DNA of 64,000 nucleotides. Source: an uncultured Acidobacteriota bacterium. Lineage in GTDB: Bacteria > Acidobacteriota > JAQAZP01. Position 1 is the stretch's first letter. Every line of letters starts with the position of its first letter. Positions 48,523 through 57,647 of the stretch are shown in pieces. The stretch covers positions 480,001 through 544,000 of the forward strand of contig CAWIIB010000001.1 in the NCBI GenBank assembly GCA_963836075.1, written 5' to 3'. Position numbers and translations under genes: made by a program. The notes beneath the pieces were generated by a model, which saw nothing but the letters and a program-made list of their open reading frames with translations, did not search any database and was not told the origin of the DNA.

Positions 48523-50811
48523 ATGCCGCTCACATCCCTGCTGCTGGTCCCGCTCTTTTGTCTCCTGCCCGGACTGGCCTTTCTTGTCCTCACCGGCCCC
48601 GCTTCGGCTCACAGTTCCACCGGGAGCCGGGACCGCTACGCCGGTCCGGCCGACTTGCTCTTCCTCTCGGTGGCGCTCAGTGGCTGGATGGCCCAGACCC
48701 TGGCCCTGGCCGGCTGGTTCACCCTGCCGGCACTGGCGCTCACGGTCACCATGCTGAGCCTGGCCGCCCTCTGCGCACACCGGGGGATCCGGTCCGGCTT
48801 TGTGCAGGCTCGCCGGTTGGCGTTGTCCGCTGTCCGGCCCCGGCCGGCGGCACTGGCGGCGGGGCTGTGCGTTCTTCTGCTGGCCGTGTTGCTCTACCAT
48901 CCGCCGGGGGTGGCCCAGCTGGACGGCCACCCCGCTCCGGCCATCAGCAGCCTGGGCATCCACCTGGCCCGCACCGGGGCTCTGCCCCGGCTGGCCCCCG
49001 GGAGCGGCCTGGACGGCGCCGCGGAGGCCATGCGTGCCGCAGCCGGTCCCGGCCTGCTCTTCCCGGCCTGGACCGGCCTGCTGCAGTTGCTGGGCGGCTC
49101 AGCCTGGTCGGCTGCCGCACCCGCCATCTTTGCCGCCCTGTCTCTGGCCGTGATCTTCGGTCTTGGCCGGCACGCCACAGGCAGTGCCTGGTTCGGCGCC
49201 CTCTTGCTGCTGGCCCTGGGCCTCAACTACCCCCAGGCCTGGCTGGCCCGGGTCAGCGTGCCCGAGTCGGCTGCCCAGTTTCTGGTGCTGGCCTCGGCCC
49301 GGTTCTATCTTCGTTCCCGGGACGGGCTCCCAGGAGTGGGGGCCGCGGCGGTCTGTCTGGGCGCCGCCCTGCTCTGCGCTCCCGCCCTGCTCTGGTTCAC
49401 CCCCCCCGCCCTGCTTTTGCTGCTGGCCCTGCACACCGCCGGATCGCCCGCCCGGCGGCGCCGGGCCGTGCTGTTCAGCCTGGGGGTCCTGCCCTTCCTG
49501 GCCCAGGGCTGGCTCCAGGCGCTCCTTCCGGGGATCGGCCATGCCGTGCTGCCGGCGCTGCCCGGCGGTTCGGCCCACTGGATGGTCTGGTACCTGACCC
49601 TGCCCTTTCTGGTGCTGCTGGCCTGCGGTCTGCTGCTGATGCTGGTCCGGCCGGCATGGTCGCTGCGGCTGGTCGGCGACCTCGGGCCGCTGATCCCGCT
49701 GGCCCTGGTCAGCCTGCCCGTCCTGCTCCGCTCCCCGGGCAGCGACGCGGTCCAGCCGTGGGCCGCTCGGCCGTTCACCGTGGCACTGATCCCATCCTCC
49801 CTTTTCGTGGGACTTTTCTTCTTTCACCGCACGTTGCAGTGGCTGCGCCACCCCGCGCTCCGTCTGATCTGGTGCTCCTTCCTCGCCGTTATGCTGGGCC
49901 TCAACCTGGCCAACCTACTGCCCATGGCCACCGGCCGGCCCGGGCAGGGGGCCGTCTCCCTGGTGTGGGAAACCGCCCGGCCCCTGGCCCACCAGGGCCG
50001 GCCGTTCACCGCCGTGGTGGAGGCCGGTCTCGGCAGGCAGGGTCTGCACAGCGCACTGACCGGTCTGCACGGCATCCGCTCCTTCTCCCTTGGCGGCCAC
50101 CACCCGGACCGCGAGCGGTTCCACGCCCTGGTGCGCGAAAATGCCGCGACCGGCCGCCGCACCGCCCTGGTGATCGAAAATGGGCTCTTCACCCCGGATC
50201 CCGCCGGGGTGACCCTGCGCCCGCTGGCCACCGCCGAAGGAACGCTGGTCCAGCTCCCCCCGCTCACCGACCACCTCCCCTCTTCGGTGGTCACCCGGCT
50301 CCGGCGGCTGCAGATCTTCGAGGCGTTGCCCGCCGCCCCCCAACAGCCAACACACCGCGCTCCCCTGACCGTGTGCTGTGGGGTCTACCAGGAGGACTGG
50401 CCCTGGCTGGACAGTGGTTTCCACGGGATATCCAGCGCCGGCGGCCGGCCCCATCGCTGGACCGCGAGCCTGGCCCGGCTCCGGGTGCCGTCCTGGGCTG
50501 CAGCTGTGGAACTGACCCTGGGCGGTTTCCGTCCTCCCGGCGCCCCTGATGCGTTTGTTTCGGCCGGTTTTGCCGGCCACCCCCCCACGGTGAACCGACA
50601 GCTGCCCCGGGTCGGCTTTGTCACGTTCCGCGTCTCCCGTCCTGTTACCGGCCGCGGCTCTCTTTCGTCCTTCCTTGAGCTTCACAGCACCGTTTTTGAC
50701 CCGCAATCCTGGTTCACCGAACTGGACGGAGATCAGCTGGGCCTGCAACTGGCCTCCATGACCTATTTCCCCGCGGACCGGTCCCCCCCGGTTCCCCCTG
50801 CCGTTCAATGA
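48523..50811 (+). CDS. Polytopic membrane protein, possible GT-C glycosyltransferase with periplasmic C-terminal domain
   Basis: More than 10 hydrophobic helices; soluble tail with a HRWT..A motif; follows GT2. Confidence 0.5.
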   Translation: MPLTSLLLVPLFCLLPGLAFLVLTGPASAHSSTGSRDRYAGPADLLFLSVALSGWMAQTLALAGWFTLPALALTVTMLSLAALCAHRGIRSGFVQARRLALSAVRPRPAALAAGLCVLLLAVLLYHPPGVAQLDGHPAPAISSLGIHLARTGALPRLAPGSGLDGAAEAMRAAAGPGLLFPAWTGLLQLLGGSAWSAAAPAIFAALSLAVIFGLGRHATGSAWFGALLLLALGLNYPQAWLARVSVPESAAQFLVLASARFYLRSRDGLPGVGAAAVCLGAALLCAPALLWFTPPALLLLLALHTAGSPARRRRAVLFSLGVLPFLAQGWLQALLPGIGHAVLPALPGGSAHWMVWYLTLPFLVLLACGLLLMLVRPAWSLRLVGDLGPLIPLALVSLPVLLRSPGSDAVQPWAARPFTVALIPSSLFVGLFFFHRTLQWLRHPALRLIWCSFLAVMLGLNLANLLPMATGRPGQGAVSLVWETARPLAHQGRPFTAVVEAGLGRQGLHSALTGLHGIRSFSLGGHHPDRERFHALVRENAATGRRTALVIENGLFTPDPAGVTLRPLATAEGTLVQLPPLTDHLPSSVVTRLRRLQIFEALPAAPQQPTHRAPLTVCCGVYQEDWPWLDSGFHGISSAGGRPHRWTASLARLRVPSWAAAVELTLGGFRPPGAPDAFVSAGFAGHPPTVNRQLPRVGFVTFRVSRPVTGRGSLSSFLELHSTVFDPQSWFTELDGDQLGLQLASMTYFPADRSPPVPPAVQ

Positions 50812-50851
50812 GAATTTGGCGTGGCGGCCTGTCCTGCCGGGCTTGATTCCA

Positions 50852-50944
50852 TTGACAACCAGTTGGTGGTTGTGATAATTCTAACCGTGAAAAATAAAAG
50901 GCTTATCGGTTTGAGCCGACCCCCGGGATCAACAACTTGTTGAT
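50852..50944 (+). promoter_or_regulatory. Putative promoter and palindromic operators of the cytochrome operon
   Basis: TTGACA-N16-GATAAT; ACAACCA-N5-TGGTTGT in the spacer; ATCAACAA-C-TTGTTGAT at 50928-50944. Confidence 0.5.
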
Positions 50945-51038
50945 TCCTCGGCCGGGCCGGCAGGAGCGGACCGAAATTACGGGCGCACCAGGGAGCGTCG
51001 ACCACCTGAATCATAATTCCATCAAGGAGACCCGTGCG

Positions 51039-52334
51039 ATGACCTTCAGAGGATCCAGACTGGGCGGTTTAACGGCTTTTATCCTGCTCGCCGTATTCAT
51101 CACCCTCCTCTCCCAGGTGAACGCCTCGGCCATTCCGGCATTTGCCCGGAAGTACGAGACATCCTGCACCACCTGCCACGTGATCTACCCCAAGCTCAAC
51201 GCCTATGGCGAGGGGTTCCGCAACAGCGGCTACCGCTTCATCGGCAATGACGAGGAGCTGGTGAAACAGGCGGACATCCCCATGGGCGCCGACGCCTGGA
51301 AGCATGTCTTCCCCCACGGTACCTGGCCCGGGGCCCTGCCCCGCTACGTGCCGCTGGCCATCCGCGGAGCATTCGGCGCGGCGTACTGGCCCGACGAGGA
51401 ACTGCGCAAGAGCAGTTTCCAGACTCCCTGGGAAGCGTCGCTCTACTGGGGCACCACCCTGGGCGAGAAGATCTCCACCTACGGCAAGATCAACCTCGAC
51501 GGCGGCAGCCTCGACCGGGCCTTTGTCCGCTTCAACAGCATCTTCGGCAACACCCTTGGCGAGAACTCGTTCAACATCAAGGTGGGCAAGATCGAGACGG
51601 CCATCATCCCCTGGTCCCTGACCCGCTTCATCGGCATCTCGGTGCCGCTGGTCTACGGGGTCAACCGCAGCCAGGGGGACTACACCTACGGCATGCGGCA
51701 GAGCGGCATGGAGGTCGAAGGGATCCTGGGACACCACTTCAAGTACGCCGTCGGCGCCGCCAACGGCAGCAACGGCTTCCGTGACGACAACAACGCCAAG
51801 GACTTTTACGGCCGCCTGGCCTACAAGTTCGGCGGCATCGGCTTCGACGGCTACAGCAAGGCCCTGGAGGAGGGCGGCGAACTGCCCCAGACCGACAACT
51901 GGACCGACACCTCCTTCACCCTCGGTATTTCCGCCTACGACGGGAGGGAGACGATCACCGACGAGGTGGACAACGACGTCACGCGCTATGCCCTGGACGC
52001 CCGGCTGCAGCTGGGCAGCCTCGACCTCTTCGGCATCTACATCGACGAGGAGGACAGCAATCCCTTCCCCGCTTCGACGGATCCCTGGGATTCCTCCACC
52101 TGGTTCGTCCAGGCCGACTACGTGTTCCTGCCGTGGATGGTGGGCTACCTGCGCTACGAGAACCTGGAGGACGCCATCGACCCGCGGGACGCCCCGCTGG
52201 AAGATCTGACGCGGTTCGTGCCCGGCCTGGTGATGGCCATCCGGGCCAACGTCAAGATCACCGTGGAAGCCCAGCTCTACCAGGACGATTTCAACGGGGA
52301 TGTCTACCAGGCGATGCTCGACCTGGCCTTCTGA
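51039..52334 (+). CDS. Cyc2-like fused monoheme cytochrome c / outer-membrane porin
   Basis: Signal peptide, then AIPAFARKY..SCTTCH...PKLN..G..F...GY; amphipathic beta strands; terminal Phe. Confidence 0.8.
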   Translation: MTFRGSRLGGLTAFILLAVFITLLSQVNASAIPAFARKYETSCTTCHVIYPKLNAYGEGFRNSGYRFIGNDEELVKQADIPMGADAWKHVFPHGTWPGALPRYVPLAIRGAFGAAYWPDEELRKSSFQTPWEASLYWGTTLGEKISTYGKINLDGGSLDRAFVRFNSIFGNTLGENSFNIKVGKIETAIIPWSLTRFIGISVPLVYGVNRSQGDYTYGMRQSGMEVEGILGHHFKYAVGAANGSNGFRDDNNAKDFYGRLAYKFGGIGFDGYSKALEEGGELPQTDNWTDTSFTLGISAYDGRETITDEVDNDVTRYALDARLQLGSLDLFGIYIDEEDSNPFPASTDPWDSSTWFVQADYVFLPWMVGYLRYENLEDAIDPRDAPLEDLTRFVPGLVMAIRANVKITVEAQLYQDDFNGDVYQAMLDLAF

Positions 52335-52338
52335 TCCG

Positions 52339-52366
52339 CCGCCGCCGGCCCGCGCCCCGGCGGCGG
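52339..52366 (+). other. Intercistronic GC-rich hairpin
   Basis: 10-bp stem CCGCCGCCGG / CCGGCGGCGG with no U-tract. Confidence 0.5.
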
Positions 52367-52412
52367 AGATCCCGACTCATTTTCAGCAAGGGGATGATCG
52401 ATGAGAAGAGGT

Positions 52413-53030
52413 ATGAACAGCCTGCTGAGCAGAACCCTGAAGCTGACCGCCGGCATCCTGCTGCTGGGCGCGCTGCTGGCCGCCGCGCCACCGGCACATG
52501 GCGGCGACCTGGTGGGCACGGTGACCGTCAGGGGCGTGCGCAGCCCGGAAGACGTGGTGATCTACCTGGGCCAGAAGCTCCCGGCGGACCAGCTGACGCT
52601 TCCCGCCGAGAACCCGGTGATGGACCAGCGCAAGCTGATCTTCATCCCCCACGTGATGTGCGTGTTGCGGGGCAGCACGGTGGACTTCCCCAACAACGAC
52701 GAAGTGCCGCACAATGTCTTCTCCCCCAGCCCGGTAAAGAAATTCAACCTCGGCACCTACAAGGTCGGGGTGGTCAAACAGGTGACCTTTGACAAGCCGG
52801 GGCTGGTGCCGCTGCTCTGCACCATCCACCCGGAGATGTCGGCGTTCATTCTCGTGCTGGAGACGCCGCACTACGCCATCACCGGCAAGGACGGCACCTA
52901 CCGCATCGCCGGTATCCCGGCGGGGTCGTACAAGATCAAGACCTGGCACGAAAAGCTGAAACCGGCGGTGGAAAACGTGGAGATCCCCGAGACCGGGGAG
53001 GTGACCCTCGATCTTTCGCTGAGGAAGTGA
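52413..53030 (+). CDS. Periplasmic cupredoxin (type-1 Cu) plus carboxypeptidase-regulatory-like domain
   Basis: Signal peptide; PHNVF and CTIHPEM supply His/Cys/His/Met ligands; G.Y.I..IPAG.Y. Confidence 0.82.
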   Translation: MNSLLSRTLKLTAGILLLGALLAAAPPAHGGDLVGTVTVRGVRSPEDVVIYLGQKLPADQLTLPAENPVMDQRKLIFIPHVMCVLRGSTVDFPNNDEVPHNVFSPSPVKKFNLGTYKVGVVKQVTFDKPGLVPLLCTIHPEMSAFILVLETPHYAITGKDGTYRIAGIPAGSYKIKTWHEKLKPAVENVEIPETGEVTLDLSLRK

Positions 53031-53037
53031 GGAAGAG

Positions 53038-53604
53038 GTGGACGCGCACGAAGAGCAACGGCCTGAGGAGAACGGGGCGCAGGACGGCGTGCCGGCGCCG
53101 GTCCTCAAGCGGCCCCGCCACCTCTGGGTCACCCGCCGTGATTTCTTTTCCATGGCCGGCTGGAGGCTCTTCTGGGCGGCGATGATCGTCTCGGCGGTGG
53201 GCCTGGTGCGCTTCTTCTTCCCCCGGGCGCTCTACGAGCCCCCCACCACCTTTTCCGCCGGCTCCCCCGACGACTACCAGACGGGGAAGGTGAGCCAGAA
53301 GTATCTCAAGACCGAGCGGACGTTCATCGTCAAGACCGAAGACGGGATCTACGCCCTGCACGGCAAGTGCACCCACCTCGGCTGCACCGTGCTCTGGAGC
53401 GCGGAAGAGCGCAAGTTCAAATGCCCCTGTCACGGCAGCGGCTTCCATGCCAGCGGGATCAACTTCGAGGGGCCGGCCCCCCGGCCGTTGGAACGGTTCA
53501 AGATTTCTCTGGGCCGCGACGGCGCCATCGTCGTCGATCGCGGCCGGATGTTTCGGGAGGAGCGCGGTGAGTGGGAGGAACCCGACGCGCTGCTGAATGT
53601 CTGA
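53038..53604 (+). CDS. Rieske [2Fe-2S] subunit of a Rieske/cytochrome b complex
   Basis: Tat motif TRRDFF plus TM helix; CTHLGC and CPCHGS; GPAPRPL. Confidence 0.93.
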   Translation: MDAHEEQRPEENGAQDGVPAPVLKRPRHLWVTRRDFFSMAGWRLFWAAMIVSAVGLVRFFFPRALYEPPTTFSAGSPDDYQTGKVSQKYLKTERTFIVKTEDGIYALHGKCTHLGCTVLWSAEERKFKCPCHGSGFHASGINFEGPAPRPLERFKISLGRDGAIVVDRGRMFREERGEWEEPDALLNV

Positions 53605-54412
53605 ACGAACTGGAAGACAGAAGAGCCTCTGGAAGCGGTTCAAGGAGACCGAGCTCTGGAAGTCCGTCTTTCGCCACGGGTACGAGGATACCCGCCGTAA
53701 CCGCTTCCTGCAGATCACCAGCAACCTCTTTCTCCACCTCCACCCGCCAAAGATCCAGCCCCACGCCCTGCGGTTCACCTACACCTGGGGCATGGGCGGA
53801 ATCTCGTTCCTGCTCTTCCTGATTCTCACCGTCACCGGCGTGCTGCTGATGTTCTACTACTTTCCGGACACCGCCCGGGCCTACCAGGACATGAAGGATC
53901 TCAAATACGTGGTCCCCTTCGGCCGCCTGCTGCGCAACATGCACCGCTGGGCGGCCCACGGCATGGTACTCACCGTCTGGTTCCACATGCTGCTGGTCTT
54001 TCTCCACGGCGCCTACCGCGCCCCCCGCCAGTTCAACTGGTGTATCGGCGTGATGCTGCTGGTGATGACCCTGCTGCTCAGCTTCACCGGCTACCTGCTG
54101 CCCTGGGACCAGCTGGCCTTCTGGGCCATCACCGTGGGCACCAACATGGCCACCGCCACGCCTGTGATCGGGGCCGAGGGCCCCTTCTCCATCGCCAGCC
54201 CGGGGAATGACGTACGCTTTGCCCTGCTGGGCGGAAAATCGGTGGGGGCCAACGCCCTGCTCCGCTTCTACGTCTGGCACTGCATCGCCATTCCGCTCAT
54301 CGCCTCGGTGCTGATGGGTCTGCACTTCTGGCGCGTGCGCAAGGACGGCTTCTCCCGGCCGCACCAGCGGAGCTCCCGCTACTCCCGGGAAAAGAAAGGC
54401 AGCGCCCAATGA
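53597..54412 (+). CDS. Cytochrome b/b6 N-terminal subunit
   Basis: TG.LL..YY, MHRW..H.......[20 protein letters not shown]...H. Confidence 0.93.
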   Translation: MSERTGRQKSLWKRFKETELWKSVFRHGYEDTRRNRFLQITSNLFLHLHPPKIQPHALRFTYTWGMGGISFLLFLILTVTGVLLMFYYFPDTARAYQDMKDLKYVVPFGRLLRNMHRWAAHGMVLTVWFHMLLVFLHGAYRAPRQFNWCIGVMLLVMTLLLSFTGYLLPWDQLAFWAITVGTNMATATPVIGAEGPFSIASPGNDVRFALLGGKSVGANALLRFYVWHCIAIPLIASVLMGLHFWRVRKDGFSRPHQRSSRYSREKKGSAQ

Positions 54413-55125
54413 GCGATCACCAGGACACCAACGGACGGGCGCCGCTGCGCAAGGTGGAAGCCTGGCCCCACCTGGTCTCGCGGGAGATGCTGGCCGCCCT
54501 GGCGGTGCTGGCCGTGCTCCTCGCCTGGTCCTGGTTCATCGACGCTCCGCTGGAAGAACCGGCGAACCCCAACACCACACCCAATCCGGCCAAGGCGCCC
54601 TGGTATTTCCTCGGCCTGCAGGAGCTGCTGGTCTACTTCGACCCCTGGCTCGCCGGGGTGGTTCTCCCGTGCCTGATCGTGCTGGGGCTGCTGGCCCTGC
54701 CCTACGTGGACAACAACGTCCGGGACACCGGTGTGTACTCTTTCCACCATCGCCGGTATGTGATCTCGGGATTTCTCTTCGGCATGCTGCTCTGGACGGT
54801 ACTGATCATCATCGGGGTCTGGTTCCGCGGTCCGGGCTGGGCCTGGTACTGGCCCTGGGAGGACCAGAGCCTGCACAAACCGCTCTACGAGAAGGCCTGG
54901 AGCTTTCACCCCCTGCTGGGGCTGGCGACCCTCGCCTCCTACTTCGGCATCGGGTTCTACTTGCCCCAGCGAATGAATAAAAAACTGCTCACCGGCCTGG
55001 GCCGCTGGCGCTACTTCATCTCGGTGGGCCTGCTGCTGGTGATGCTGCTGATCCCGATCAAAATCGTCCTCCGGCTGTTGTTCGGAGTGAAATACATCCT
55101 GATAACGCCCTGGTTCAATCTCTGA
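54409..55125 (+). CDS. Cytochrome b subunit IV-like protein
   Basis: APL...[23 protein letters not shown]; extra TM helices. Confidence 0.88.
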   Translation: MSDHQDTNGRAPLRKVEAWPHLVSREMLAALAVLAVLLAWSWFIDAPLEEPANPNTTPNPAKAPWYFLGLQELLVYFDPWLAGVVLPCLIVLGLLALPYVDNNVRDTGVYSFHHRRYVISGFLFGMLLWTVLIIIGVWFRGPGWAWYWPWEDQSLHKPLYEKAWSFHPLLGLATLASYFGIGFYLPQRMNKKLLTGLGRWRYFISVGLLLVMLLIPIKIVLRLLFGVKYILITPWFNL

Positions 55126-55154
55126 CCACTGCGCAGGACTGGAGTTTGCTTTCC

Positions 55155-57647
55155 ATGATTCGCCGCTGGTTCTTCATCCTGATGGCCGTGAACCTGCTCT
55201 TTATCGGCCTCTTCTGCTGGGAGGAGTGGCGCCCGGAGTGGAAGGACCATTTCTGGCAGTACCGGGAGCTGAAGCTGGCCGCATTGCAGGGCGAGCTGGA
55301 ACAGGCCATCACCCGCCGGGATGCCGACGAGAACGGTCTGGACGAGCTGCGCCGGGCGCTGACCAGCGAGGAAGCCCGACTGGCGCACCCGGAGCAGAAG
55401 GCGGAGCTGGAGAAGATTACCGAAGCGCTGTCCGAGTCCCAGGAGCGGCTGGAAGACGCGGTGGACAACTACCAGAAGAACTACTCCCGCTACCAGACCC
55501 TGGAAATCCGCTACCACCAGATGAGCGACGAAAACCCGGACAAGGAACTGCGGGCGGCCGACCTGCGCAAGCTGGGCCTGCGGCTGGAGCACATGAAGTC
55601 CGAACAGGAGCGGATCATGGCCGAGGTGGAGGGCCATGACGGCCGGCTGGCCGGTTTCACCGGCGAGCAGCTCCGGCTGAACCGCCAGATCAAGCGTCTG
55701 GAAAGCGAAGTGGAGCAGTGGCAGAACAGCATCGTCAAGCTGGAAGCCCAGCGTCCGGCCATCGAGCAGATCAGCAACAAGGCCCTGGGCCGGGTGGACC
55801 GCTGCGTCACCTGCCATCTGGGTATCGACGATCCGCACTTCAACGACGCCCCTGAGCCGCTCCGCGCCCACCAGCCGAATTCCCTGAGCGACATCGGACT
55901 CTACCACCCGTTCAAGACCTACGGCTGCAGTATCTGCCACGAGGGTCAGGGCTTGGCCACCCGGCTGGCCGAGGCCTTCGGCCAGGAGGCGCACTTCCAC
56001 CAGCCGGTGCTGGGCAGGGACCTCTCCCAGGGCTCCTGCCTGCCCTGTCACCCGGAGCGGATCCCCCTGCCCGGCGTCCCGGCCCTGGACGCCGCCCCGC
56101 TGCTGGAGCGGGGGCGGCTGCTCTTCGCCGACAAGGGCTGCACCGGCTGCCACGAGACCAAACCGTTCAGCCACCTGACCCGCACCGGGCCCAAACTCAA
56201 CTCCCTCGCCCACAAGGTGCAGGGAGACTGGCTCTACCGCTGGCTGCGCAAACCGGACGACTATTTGCCCGGGACGCACATGCCCGACTTCCTGCTCCCG
56301 CCGGAGGAGATCCGGGAGATCACCGACCACCTGCTGCTGACCCTGCGGGAACAGCCACCGCAGCCTGCACCGCCCGCGCCGGGGGATCTGGACCAGGCCT
56401 ATGAAAACGGCAAGGCCCTGTTCCAGGTGGCCCGCTGCATCACCTGCCACGCCATCGAGGGTGTGGGCGGCACCATCGGCCCCGACCTCTACCGCTCGGC
56501 CAGCAAGCTCAACCGGGACTGGCTCTTCTCCTGGCTGGACAACCCGCCGGCCCACGACCCGCAGACCCTGATGCCCCACTTCCGCTTCACCGTTGAGGAA
56601 CGGCTGGACCTGGTGGAATACATCACCCAGGAGTTTATGGACTGGGACCTTCCCGACAGTCCCGACCCGGTGGAGGCAGCGGAACCGCTGGCGGAGAACT
56701 CTCCCCGCGGCGAGGCGCTGGTGCGCCGCTACGGCTGTTCCGGATGCCACGAGATGCCGGGCAGTGTGGACGGCCAGAAGGTGAGCACCGAACTGACCGA
56801 CTACGGGACCAAGACCGTGGACCTGCTCGATTTCGGCTGGGCCTGGGACGTGCCGCGCACCCGCCTCGACTGGACGATGACCAAGCTGCGCACGCCCCGG
56901 GTCTTTCGCGACACCCTGCTGATGCCCGACTACGGCTTTGACGAGGAGCAGATCCTCGCCCTGACCACCGTGCTGCTGGCGCTCAAGGGCTACACCCCGC
57001 CGGCGGACTACATCTACTACGTGAAACCGAAGTGCAGCCTCACCGGCCGGACCGATATACCACCGACCCTCTGGGGGCCGCGGATGGCCAGCACCCCGCC
57101 GGCCACCGCCTTCGACCAGCTGGTGGACGACCTGCGCTGCCGCTCCTGCCACCGCATCGGCACCTGGGGCGGTGACCTGGCCCCCGAGCTGGATCTCACC
57201 GGAAGCCGCTTCGAGGAGGAGTATCTGCGCTTCTTCCTCAAGACCCCGGAGGCCATCCGGCCGCTGCTGGTGGAACGGATGGTGCGGCTGAACCTCACCG
57301 ACCAGGAGGTGGACCAGCTGGTGCAGGGGCTCCAGTTCATGCTCACCGATCAGAACCGCGTACCCCCGGTGTCGCCTGACCCGGCCTGGTCCATCGCCCG
57401 GGGTGAAGAGCTCTACCAGACCCTCGGCTGCACCGGCTGCCACATGACCGGCTCCGAAGGCGGGACCTCGGGCCCCAACATGACCGAGGCCGGCCGCAGG
57501 CTGACTCTGGACTACCTGCACTCCTGGCTGCGCCACCCCCAGACGCTGGTGCCCACGGCCATCGAGCCGGACTACGGGTTGAGCGAGGAGGACGCCGGGC
57601 ACCTGGCCGTCTACATGAAGAGCCTGACCATGGAGGGCGGCGCATGA
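55155..57647 (+). CDS. Membrane-anchored octaheme cytochrome c with coiled-coil stalk
   Basis: Eight CxxCH motifs (CVTCH, CSICH, CLPCH, CTGCH, CITCH, CSGCH, CRSCH, CTGCH); N-terminal TM helix and long heptad-rich region. Confidence 0.9.
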   Translation: MIRRWFFILMAVNLLFIGLFCWEEWRPEWKDHFWQYRELKLAALQGELEQAITRRDADENGLDELRRALTSEEARLAHPEQKAELEKITEALSESQERLEDAVDNYQKNYSRYQTLEIRYHQMSDENPDKELRAADLRKLGLRLEHMKSEQERIMAEVEGHDGRLAGFTGEQLRLNRQIKRLESEVEQWQNSIVKLEAQRPAIEQISNKALGRVDRCVTCHLGIDDPHFNDAPEPLRAHQPNSLSDIGLYHPFKTYGCSICHEGQGLATRLAEAFGQEAHFHQPVLGRDLSQGSCLPCHPERIPLPGVPALDAAPLLERGRLLFADKGCTGCHETKPFSHLTRTGPKLNSLAHKVQGDWLYRWLRKPDDYLPGTHMPDFLLPPEEIREITDHLLLTLREQPPQPAPPAPGDLDQAYENGKALFQVARCITCHAIEGVGGTIGPDLYRSASKLNRDWLFSWLDNPPAHDPQTLMPHFRFTVEERLDLVEYITQEFMDWDLPDSPDPVEAAEPLAENSPRGEALVRRYGCSGCHEMPGSVDGQKVSTELTDYGTKTVDLLDFGWAWDVPRTRLDWTMTKLRTPRVFRDTLLMPDYGFDEEQILALTTVLLALKGYTPPADYIYYVKPKCSLTGRTDIPPTLWGPRMASTPPATAFDQLVDDLRCRSCHRIGTWGGDLAPELDLTGSRFEEEYLRFFLKTPEAIRPLLVERMVRLNLTDQEVDQLVQGLQFMLTDQNRVPPVSPDPAWSIARGEELYQTLGCTGCHMTGSEGGTSGPNMTEAGRRLTLDYLHSWLRHPQTLVPTAIEPDYGLSEEDAGHLAVYMKSLTMEGGA

